A stretch of DNA of 64,000 nucleotides from Acidobacteriota bacterium (GTDB taxonomy: Bacteria > Acidobacteriota > Vicinamibacteria > Vicinamibacterales > UBA2999): positions 13-64,012 of the forward strand of contig JAUSDY010000128.1 of assembly GCA_030650395.1 (NCBI GenBank), written 5' to 3'. Shown in pieces: positions 52,534-59,986 of this stretch (its first letter is position 1; each line of letters begins with the position of its first letter). The position numbers were made by a program, and so were the translations under genes. The notes under the pieces are model-generated. The model saw only the letters and a program-made list of their open reading frames with translations, did not search any database and had not been told where the DNA came from.

Positions 52534-54180
52534 ATGGAGAGCTACGCCCGCGGGCCCGACTCACCGCTTCTGGACCTCACGCTCGGCGAGCTGCTCGCCG
52601 CCACCGCCGCGCGCGTGCCCAATGCGCTCGCGCTCGTGTCGCGGCAGCAACACGAGCGATTCACCTATCAGCAACTCTTGACGGAGGTCGATCGCGTCGC
52701 CGGTGGGCTGCTCGACCTCGAGCTGGCCGCGGGCGATCGCATCGGCGTGTGGTCAAGCAACTGCACCGAGTGGATCCTGTTGCAGCTGGCGGCGGCGCGC
52801 GCCGGGCTCGTGCTCGTCAACGTCAACCCCGCCTACCGATCCCACGAGCTCGGCTACGTCCTGCGTAAGTCCGGGATGAAGGCGCTGTTTCTATGGCCGC
52901 AGGATTCGCGCGCAAGCTACCGGCAGATTCTTGCCGAAGCGCGTTCCGGTAATGATGCCGCGCTCCGGCACGCGATCTTCTTTGACGAGGAACCGTGGCA
53001 GCGCATCCGCGCCGGCAACCGGGCCCCCAGCGCGGCAGCCGCGCTGGGGTGGAAGGCCAGGCCGATCGCCCCGATCGACCCGCACGAGGTCGTGAACATC
53101 CAGTACACGTCGGGCACGACCGGATCGCCGAAAGGCGTGCTGCTGACGCATCACAACCTCGTCAACAACGGCGCGCTGTTTGCCGACGGGCTCAAATACA
53201 CGGAGGCGGATCGAGTGTGTGTGCCCGTGCCGCTCTATCACTGTTTCGGTTGCGTTATCGGCGTGATTGCGAGCGTCAAGGCCGGCGCCGCGATCCTGCT
53301 GCCGGCGGCCGGTTTCGATCCGGGCGCGACGCTCGCGATGATTGCGGAAGAAGGCGCGACCTCGATCTACGGCGTGCCCACGATGTTCATCGCCGAGCTC
53401 GCCCATCCCGAGTTCTTGACATTCGACCTGACCTCGCTTCGCACCGGCGTGATGGCGGGCGCGCCGTGCCCGATCGAGGTGATGAAACGCGTGCTGACCG
53501 AGATGCACTGTCCCGAGGTCACGATCGCGTACGGCCAGACGGAAACATCTCCTGGATTGACCCTGTCCGGTGTTGACGATGACGTCGAGATCCGGGTGTC
53601 GACGGTCGGCGACGCGATGGCCAACACCGAGCTGAAAATCGTCGACACCGAGACCGGCGCGATCGTCGAGCGCGGTGCGCAAGGGGAGATCTGCGCGCGC
53701 GGCTACATGATCATGAAGGGCTACGACCAGGAGGCCGAAGCCACCGCGCGCACCATCGACCCCGGCGGCTGGCTGCACACCGGCGACCTGGGCGTGATGC
53801 GCCCCGACGGCTACATCCGCGTCACCGGCCGCGCCAAGGACCTGGTGATTCGCGGCGGCGAGAATATTTATCCGCGCGAGGTCGAAGAGTTTCTCTACAC
53901 CCACCCGAACGTCGCCGAGGTGCAGGTCGTCGGCCTGCCCGACGAGCGGCTCGGCGAGACGCTGGTCGCATGGGTGCGGCTGCGCCAGGGCGACTCCGAC
54001 GAAGACGAGATCCGGACGTTTTGCCGGGGCAAGATTGCCCATTTCAAGATTCCCGAATTCATCCGCATCGTCGATTCGTTTCCGATGACCGTCACCGGAA
54101 AGGTGCAGAAGTTCCGCATCCGGGAGATTGAAATCGAGGAGCGCGGCCGCCAGCGCGCGGCCGGCATCGAAACCGCCTGA
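52534..54180 (+). CDS. AMP-dependent acyl-CoA synthetase/ligase
   Basis: IQYTSGTTGSPKGVLLTHHN, YGQTE, TGDLG and GKVQKF. It carries family D repeat 53019-53058 in frame. Confidence 0.9.
   Translation: MESYARGPDSPLLDLTLGELLAATAARVPNALALVSRQQHERFTYQQLLTEVDRVAGGLLDLELAAGDRIGVWSSNCTEWILLQLAAARAGLVLVNVNPAYRSHELGYVLRKSGMKALFLWPQDSRASYRQILAEARSGNDAALRHAIFFDEEPWQRIRAGNRAPSAAAALGWKARPIAPIDPHEVVNIQYTSGTTGSPKGVLLTHHNLVNNGALFADGLKYTEADRVCVPVPLYHCFGCVIGVIASVKAGAAILLPAAGFDPGATLAMIAEEGATSIYGVPTMFIAELAHPEFLTFDLTSLRTGVMAGAPCPIEVMKRVLTEMHCPEVTIAYGQTETSPGLTLSGVDDDVEIRVSTVGDAMANTELKIVDTETGAIVERGAQGEICARGYMIMKGYDQEAEATARTIDPGGWLHTGDLGVMRPDGYIRVTGRAKDLVIRGGENIYPREVEEFLYTHPNVAEVQVVGLPDERLGETLVAWVRLRQGDSDEDEIRTFCRGKIAHFKIPEFIRIVDSFPMTVTGKVQKFRIREIEIEERGRQRAAGIETA
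53019..53058. repeat. Family D core element in frame in the acyl-CoA synthetase gene
   Basis: Sequence ccgggcccccagcgcggcagccgcgctggggtggaaggcc. It is the reverse complement of the 13221-13260 core with one difference. It encodes NRAPSAAAALGWKAR, a different frame from the PHP-gene copy. Confidence 0.9.
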
Positions 54181-54232
54181 CATTCGTAGGGAACCGCGGT
54201 CCGTCCTCCGTCGTCTGAGTTTTAGATCGGCC

Positions 54233-55255
54233 ATGTCCCAAAAACCCCTGCTGCTCATCATGTGCCTCGCGGTGCTCGCGGTCGTTGTTCCCGAGCGGGT
54301 CACCGCCCAATCTGATCTCGACGCCTTCATGGAGCTCGTGCTGGCCCGGCGCGACGACAACTGGAAGAAGCTGCAGCAATACGTGCTCGAGGAAAAGGAA
54401 TCCTTCGACCTCACCGGCCCGGGCGGCTTCCCCCTCTATGGCCTGCGGAAGGAATACACCTGGTTCATCAAGCAGGGCGTATTCGTCCGCAGCCCCGTGA
54501 AGGCCAACGGGGTCACCATCTCGGAGGCCGATCGCCGCAAGGCCGAAGACGAGTGGCTGCGCCGCGAGACCTCGAAGGAAGAGCGCCGCAAGCGCCGCGC
54601 CGAGCGGGAAGCGAAGGGCCTGCCGCCGGAAAAGGACGGCGGCAAGGCCGTCGTCATCACGCCCACAACCATCAAGGTCATGGATGGCAGCGAGACGGCC
54701 GCCAGCCCGGAAGCGCCATCCAACGTGGACGACCTGCTGCGCCCGGGCCTCGAGCCGCAGTTCGTGTCGTCGGCGTATTTCCTGAGGTTACGCTTCGAAT
54801 CGGGCCACTACGCGCTGGCCGGCCGGGAAAAGATCGACGGCCGCGACGCCTTGAAGATCGAGTACTACCCGCGCGCGGGGCTCTTCAACGACGGCAGGTC
54901 GAGGCCGAACAAGAAGATCCGCGACAAAGACGATGAGATCGAAGAGAAGATGAACAAGGCCTCGATGGTCACGCTGTGGGTGGATCCCGCAACGCACCAG
55001 ATCCTGCAATACATCTTCGACGACCTCGATATGGACTTCTTCCCCGGGGACTTTTCCGCCGGGCGCGCACTGGTCAGAATCGATGACCTGCAGGCCACCA
55101 TGAAGATGTCCCAGCCCTTCCCCAATGTCTGGCTGCCGAAGAGCATCGAGATGCACTTCGGCATGATGCTCGCGGTTGGCGCCGTCGACGCGACGTACCA
55201 CGTCGATTACCTGAATCATAAACTGGCTGACGTCACGTCGCGCATCGTCAAATGA
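54233..55255 (+). CDS. Secreted hypothetical protein with a central charged helix
   Basis: Signal peptide MSQKPLLLIMCLAVLAVVVPERVTAQ. The RRKAEDEWLRRETSKEERRKRRAEREAK segment is present. I recognise no family. 4-nt overlap with the downstream Omp85 gene. Confidence 0.6.
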   Translation: MSQKPLLLIMCLAVLAVVVPERVTAQSDLDAFMELVLARRDDNWKKLQQYVLEEKESFDLTGPGGFPLYGLRKEYTWFIKQGVFVRSPVKANGVTISEADRRKAEDEWLRRETSKEERRKRRAEREAKGLPPEKDGGKAVVITPTTIKVMDGSETAASPEAPSNVDDLLRPGLEPQFVSSAYFLRLRFESGHYALAGREKIDGRDALKIEYYPRAGLFNDGRSRPNKKIRDKDDEIEEKMNKASMVTLWVDPATHQILQYIFDDLDMDFFPGDFSAGRALVRIDDLQATMKMSQPFPNVWLPKSIEMHFGMMLAVGAVDATYHVDYLNHKLADVTSRIVK

Positions 55256-56478
55256 GCGGGCTTCTGCTCGCCCTCGCTCTCCTGGCGCAGCCTGGTTCAC
55301 CCGGCGTGGTGGCCGAAGTCCGCATCCACGGCAATCACACCACGCCGGATGCGGATGTGGTCGCGATCATCGGCGACGTGATCGGCAAACCCGCGACCGA
55401 CGCGCTGATTGCCGACGTCGGCGCAAGGCTTGACAAGAGCGGGCGCTTCGACGGCGTCGAGGTCCGCAAACGCTACCGCTCGATCGACAACCCCGACGAC
55501 ATTCTGCTGATGGTCGTGGTTGACGAGGTCGCCGCGATCTCAGACAAGGACCTCACGCCGGGCCCATTGACGAAGTTCCGGAGCAGCGGCATGTTCATGC
55601 CGGTGCTGAATTCGGAGGACGGTTACGGCTTGACCTATGGCCTGCGCGTGAGCTTCGTCGATCAGCTTGGCCCGCGCAGCCGCATCTCGTTTCCACTGAC
55701 CTGGGGCGGCGAGCGGCAGGCGCGCGCGCAGCTCGAGCGCTCGTTTACGAGCGGGCCGATCGAGCGTCTCTCGGGTGAGGCCGGCATCGGCCGGCGCGAG
55801 AACCCGCACTTCGAGATCGCCGACACGCGCGTCACCGTGACAGCCCGCGCCGAAAGCGTCGTGCAGCGCTGGCTGCGGCTGGGCGGCGGCGGTGGGTATG
55901 ACGACGTCAAGTTTGGCGATCTCCATGCGCGGCTCAACCGCGCCGGTGGCGATGTCACCATCGACACGCGGGTCGATCCCGGCTTCCCGCGCAACGCCGT
56001 TCACGCCGTGTTCGGGGTTGAACACCTGTCGTTCGACTCGGGCCGCGCCAATCGCCGCACCGCGGATATCAGGGCTTACCTCGGGCTGCTTGGCCAGAGC
56101 GTGCTCGCCGTCCGCGGCTTGTCGGTCACGTCGAAGGATCCGCTGCCGTTGTACGAACAGAACCTCCTTGGCGGCGACACCAACCTGCGCGGGTTCGACG
56201 CCGGTTACAAGGCCAACGACAACATCGCCGCGGTGTCGGCGGAGCTGCGGATTCCGGTGACGTCCCCGCTATCGATCGGGCGGCTTGGCGTGAAGGTGTT
56301 CACCGACGCCGGCGCCGCGTATGCGGCCGGCGGGCGAATGGCCGACCAGAAGCTCGAGACCGGTTACGGCGGCGGCCTTTATTTCCACATCACCATCCTC
56401 CGCATGTCGTTTGACGTCGCCAAGGCAAAGGACCAGTCGTGGAAATGGCACTTTGGGCTGGGGGTGACCTTTCAGTGA
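55252..56478 (+). CDS. Omp85/BamA-family outer-membrane protein with a single POTRA-like N-terminus
   Basis: VRIHGNHTTPDADVVAIIGDVIGKP...RFDGVEV is POTRA-like. The C-terminal beta-barrel shows an alternating pattern and ends WHFGLGVTFQ. Confidence 0.65.
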   Translation: MSGLLLALALLAQPGSPGVVAEVRIHGNHTTPDADVVAIIGDVIGKPATDALIADVGARLDKSGRFDGVEVRKRYRSIDNPDDILLMVVVDEVAAISDKDLTPGPLTKFRSSGMFMPVLNSEDGYGLTYGLRVSFVDQLGPRSRISFPLTWGGERQARAQLERSFTSGPIERLSGEAGIGRRENPHFEIADTRVTVTARAESVVQRWLRLGGGGGYDDVKFGDLHARLNRAGGDVTIDTRVDPGFPRNAVHAVFGVEHLSFDSGRANRRTADIRAYLGLLGQSVLAVRGLSVTSKDPLPLYEQNLLGGDTNLRGFDAGYKANDNIAAVSAELRIPVTSPLSIGRLGVKVFTDAGAAYAAGGRMADQKLETGYGGGLYFHITILRMSFDVAKAKDQSWKWHFGLGVTFQ

Positions 56479-56558
56479 GTGCAAAGTTGAGAGTTAAGAG
56501 TAAAAGGCGCAGAATCCGATTTAGAATCTGCACTCTAAACTCTTAACTCTGCACTTCA
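56478..56558. repeat. Hairpin built from GAGTTAA/AACTCTT words
   Basis: The arms are gagtgcaaagttgagagttaagagt and actctaaactcttaactctgcac. Lies between the Omp85 stop and the DUF3500 gene start. Confidence 0.85.
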
Positions 56559-56567
56559 AGGATCAGT

Positions 56568-57602
56568 ATGAGCAGACTCAGACTCGCCGTCGCCGCCACA
56601 ATCGTCGTCGCCCTGCTCGGCGCCGCCACGATGGCCTCGCAGCGATCGGCCGCAGCGATGGCTACGAGCGCCAACACGTTTCTCGCCGGCCTCTCCGCCG
56701 AGCAACGCGCCAAGGCGGCTTTTCCTTTCGAAGGGGATGAGCGGCTGCGGTGGCATTTCATCCCCAATGAGACGTTCCCGCGCAAGGGGTTGATGATCAA
56801 GGAGATGAACGAGTCCCAGCGCGCGCAGGCGCATGGCCTGCTGAAGACGGGCCTCAGCCAGCGCGGCTACATGACCGTCACCGGGATCATTGCGCTCGAG
56901 GACATCCTCAAGGCGACCGAAACCGGCGGCCGCATGGCGCGCGATCGCGAGCAGTATTACTTCTCGGTCTTCGGCGCGCCGTCAGCGCAGGGGGCCTGGG
57001 GCTGGCGCGTCGAGGGGCATCACATCTCGCTGCGCTTCACGATCGTCAAGGGCGAGATGATCGCCAGCTCGCCGGCGTTTCTCGGCACCAATCCGGCGGA
57101 GGTCCGCGACGGCGCGCAGAAGGGCGTTCGCCTGCTTGCCGATCGCGAAGACGCCGGCCGGGCACTAGTCGAGTCGCTCGACGCTTCACAGCGCCAGGCC
57201 GCCATCATCAACGCGGTTGCGCCCACTGACATCGCGACCATGAACAAGAACGACATTGCGCCGCTCGATCCGGCTGGCCTCGCTGCCGCAACGCTGACAC
57301 CGAAGCAGCGCGATCTGTTGATGCGGGTCATCGACGCGTATTCGTCGGCGATGGAGGCCGACGTTGCCGCTGCCCTCGCGAAGAAGATCCAGCAGGCCGG
57401 CGCCGACAGGATTACGTTTGCGTGGGCGGGCGAGACCGAACGCGGCAAGAAGCACTACTACCGGGTGCAGGGGCCGACGTTCCTCATCGAGTTCGACAAC
57501 ACGCAGAACGACGGCAACCACGTGCACTCGGTCTGGCGCGATTTCAACGGGGATTTCGGGCGGGACTTGCTGCGCGAACACCTGAAAAGTGTCGCCCATT
57601 GA
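56568..57602 (+). CDS. DUF3500-family secreted protein
   Basis: RLRWHFIPNE, WRVEGHHISL and YYRVQGPTFLIEFDNTQNDGNHVHSVWRD. The family is recalled from memory. Confidence 0.65.
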   Translation: MSRLRLAVAATIVVALLGAATMASQRSAAAMATSANTFLAGLSAEQRAKAAFPFEGDERLRWHFIPNETFPRKGLMIKEMNESQRAQAHGLLKTGLSQRGYMTVTGIIALEDILKATETGGRMARDREQYYFSVFGAPSAQGAWGWRVEGHHISLRFTIVKGEMIASSPAFLGTNPAEVRDGAQKGVRLLADREDAGRALVESLDASQRQAAIINAVAPTDIATMNKNDIAPLDPAGLAAATLTPKQRDLLMRVIDAYSSAMEADVAAALAKKIQQAGADRITFAWAGETERGKKHYYRVQGPTFLIEFDNTQNDGNHVHSVWRDFNGDFGRDLLREHLKSVAH

Positions 57603-57695
57603 GTTCAGAGTGCAGAGTTAGGAGTTAAGAATAGTTCTGAACTCTGCACTCATAACTCTTAACTCTTAACTCTTAACTCTTAACTCTTAACTCTG
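57601..57695. repeat. Hairpin plus AACTCTT heptamer in 6 tandem copies
   Basis: The arms are gagttcagagtgcagagttaggagttaag and ttctgaactctgcactcataactcttaactc. The tandem heptamers run 57654-57695. Lies between convergent genes. Confidence 0.9.
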
Positions 57696-57701
57696 GCGCC
57701 T

Positions 57702-58550
57702 CTACCAGCGTAAGACCCGTTTGCCGCGCCAGATGGGTCCTTCCTGCACGTAGCGCCACTCGGGATTCTGGTGGAAGTCGCGCAACGCCAGCAGCACCTG
57801 GTCGAACACCGCGACGCTGTCATCCTTACACTCGAAGTACGTCATGAAGTCGAACTCGTTCGGCCGCTCGTGGCCGTCCGGGTTGTGATAGACGCGGCGG
57901 TATAGCGACGCGATGCCGCGTTCGGCCGCGACCGCATGCCCCTTCACCGGGCACGCGCTCGCCCGATCGATGTGCGGGTAGAAATACGCGTGCCGCTCGA
58001 GCGGGCTCTTCTGCCACCATTCCGGCGTCTTGCGAATCGGCATGATGATCGCGTTGCGGCTGATCCGCCCCGAGCGGCGCGGCGGCGCGCCCTTGTTCGA
58101 GTACTGGATCATTTCCGGGCTGGAGTAGCGCGGCGTCCGCACCGCGCCGTCGATCGCAATCACCTCGGCGGCGTCGCCGATGCGGCGGCGGAGCTCTTCA
58201 TCGATCTCCTGCAGCCGCGGCCGGTACTTGCTGGACACCTGCACGAGGTGTTTTGCCTTGTTGATGCAGGGGCCTACGCAATCGGCCGACGGCTCGACGC
58301 CGTCGCCGTCGCCGTCGCGCACGAAGAACTGGATGGTCTCGAAGGGCTGCGCCTGGTTCTCGCGGCTGTCGTCGATATCGAAGTCATTGAAAAAGCCGCG
58401 GGCGATGTTGCCGCCGGCGGTCCGCAGCCGGGCGCCGGGCGCATCGTCTTCCGCCCGGGCGACGACGAACAGGAACTTCGTGAAGGCAAGATTCGCCGAC
58501 ACGCTGGTTCCAGCGTGGTGCCCCTGGCCGCAGCCGTTCTGTCCTCCCAT
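57702..58550 (-). CDS. Chlorite-dismutase-family (Cld/HemQ-like) protein
   Basis: The C-terminal half shows the family pattern: IMPIRKTPEWWQKSPLERHAYF...LYRRVYHNP...EFDFMTYFECKDDSVAVFDQVLLALRD...EWRYVQEG. The N-terminal start is uncertain. Confidence 0.5.
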   Translation of the reverse strand: MGGQNGCGQGHHAGTSVSANLAFTKFLFVVARAEDDAPGARLRTAGGNIARGFFNDFDIDDSRENQAQPFETIQFFVRDGDGDGVEPSADCVGPCINKAKHLVQVSSKYRPRLQEIDEELRRRIGDAAEVIAIDGAVRTPRYSSPEMIQYSNKGAPPRRSGRISRNAIIMPIRKTPEWWQKSPLERHAYFYPHIDRASACPVKGHAVAAERGIASLYRRVYHNPDGHERPNEFDFMTYFECKDDSVAVFDQVLLALRDFHQNPEWRYVQEGPIWRGKRVLRW

Positions 58551-58593
58551 GACACATGGGCTATCGGTTTAATACAGGGGGTTCTGTATGAGC

Positions 58594-59433
58594 TTATGCA
58601 GAACTGTGCAGAATGAACCGCTCGATCGCCTGGGCGAGGCCGGCCTTATCGTTGCTGCCGGTGACGTAAAAGCCGTCCTGAAACAGCTCGGGCTCTGCGT
58701 TCCCCATGATCACGCCGGTGCCGGCCCACCGCAGCATGCCGAGGTCGTTATGGTTGTCGCCGATCGCCATCACCTCGCCTTGCGCCACGCCGAAAAGCGC
58801 CGCCACTTCGGCCAGGCCGGTGCCCTTGGTAATGCCGGCCGCGCACACGTCGACCATCGAAAAGTCGCGGCTGGGGTATTCAGTGAGCAGCACCTCGAGG
58901 TCCGGCGCGATCGCATGCGCCGCCAGGTGCGCGGCGATCGCGCGCATCTCGTCGACGCAGCCATTGAACGCAATCTGAACCGGGTCTTCCACCATCGCAT
59001 CTTCCAGCCGCGCCACGGCCTGGATGATCTGGTGGTTGCGCTCCTTGAATCGGCGCCGGTTCGGATGGCTCCAATCCATCAGGTCGTAAACGAGTTGTCC
59101 GGCGAGCGGCCGGTCGAACACCGCGGTCGCTGCGTCGCGCCACGCCACCGTGGCGCCCAGCACCTCGAGCGCCGTCGCTTGCGGAAGCAGCCGCCGCAAC
59201 AGCGTCTCCCCCGCCCGCGATCGCGCGATGGCGCCGTTATGGACGATCAGCGTGATCGAATCCGGCAGCTGGCCGAGCGCCTGAAGGGCGAAATGAAAAC
59301 TGCGCCCGGTCGCGATCACCACCTTCACGCCACGCGCAACGGCCTGATCGATGGCCTCGATGTTCGCTGCCGGAACACGACCGCGGCTGTCGAGCAGCGT
59401 GCCGTCGATATCAATGGCGACTAGTCTGATCAA
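58594..59433 (-). CDS. Cof-type HAD-IIB phosphatase
   Basis: VAIDIDGTLLD (motif I) and GDNHNDLGML (motif IV). Confidence 0.85.
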   Translation of the reverse strand: MIRLVAIDIDGTLLDSRGRVPAANIEAIDQAVARGVKVVIATGRSFHFALQALGQLPDSITLIVHNGAIARSRAGETLLRRLLPQATALEVLGATVAWRDAATAVFDRPLAGQLVYDLMDWSHPNRRRFKERNHQIIQAVARLEDAMVEDPVQIAFNGCVDEMRAIAAHLAAHAIAPDLEVLLTEYPSRDFSMVDVCAAGITKGTGLAEVAALFGVAQGEVMAIGDNHNDLGMLRWAGTGVIMGNAEPELFQDGFYVTGSNDKAGLAQAIERFILHSSA

Positions 59434-59437
59434 GAAA

Positions 59438-59869
59438 CTATTTGATCCTCTTCAGGAACGCCTCGTAGGCGTCCTTGTCCTGCTTCTTGAAGTACGCGGC
59501 GAACTCGTTGCCGATGGTCTCGAGGTGCTTCAGGTAGTTGGGGTCCTTGTAGGCCTCTCGCATCGACGGCAAGTAATCCTTCACGCGCTCCCACACCAGC
59601 AGCAGCTCGCGGCCGCTCTGGAAGAACAGCTCCTTGTTGAGCACGCCCAACGTCATGAACGACGCGACCAGGTCCCAGTACGAGGTCACCATCCGCATCG
59701 AGGCGTTCTCATCCGAGCCGCCGGGCGCGAGCTTGATGAGCTCGTCGTAGCTCTTCACTTTGCAATTGGCCGTGAACCACGCGCGGGCCTGCCGGATGCG
59801 CGCTTCGCGACGCATCTCATACAGCCGCAGAATCAAGTTCGCGTCGTCATACGTCGGTTTCTGTGTCAT
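59438..59869 (-). CDS. Conserved-looking hypothetical protein (143 aa)
   Basis: Non-shadow composition (K/E/Y/F-rich). Lies 4 nt downstream-coupled to the HAD gene. I recognise no family. Confidence 0.55.
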   Translation of the reverse strand: MTQKPTYDDANLILRLYEMRREARIRQARAWFTANCKVKSYDELIKLAPGGSDENASMRMVTSYWDLVASFMTLGVLNKELFFQSGRELLLVWERVKDYLPSMREAYKDPNYLKHLETIGNEFAAYFKKQDKDAYEAFLKRIK

Positions 59870-59930
59870 TTGTTCCTGCCGTGAAGCCCCAGCCCGGCCG
59901 GCCGGCCTGCCCGCCGTAGCCCAAAGGGCG

Positions 59931-59958
59931 CCCGCCTTCGCCGCAAGGCTTCGGCGGG
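59931..59958. repeat. GC-rich palindromic motif CCCGCCTTCGCCGCAAGGCTTCGGCGGG
   Basis: Closely resembles the internal segment (CCGCCTTCGCGCACGGCGCTTCGGCGG) of the family A long elements. Lies upstream of sucA. Confidence 0.75.
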
Positions 59959-59986
59959 GGACCAGGCCTGATAAAGTAGAAAGGTT

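Noticed and set aside
57654-57695. Tandem heptamer and 13-mer arrays (also 29355-29413, 29938-30002, 39394-39420, 35281-35319) as possible CRISPR arrays
   Set aside because: The units are 7-13 nt and directly abutting, with no spacers. No cas genes are in the window.
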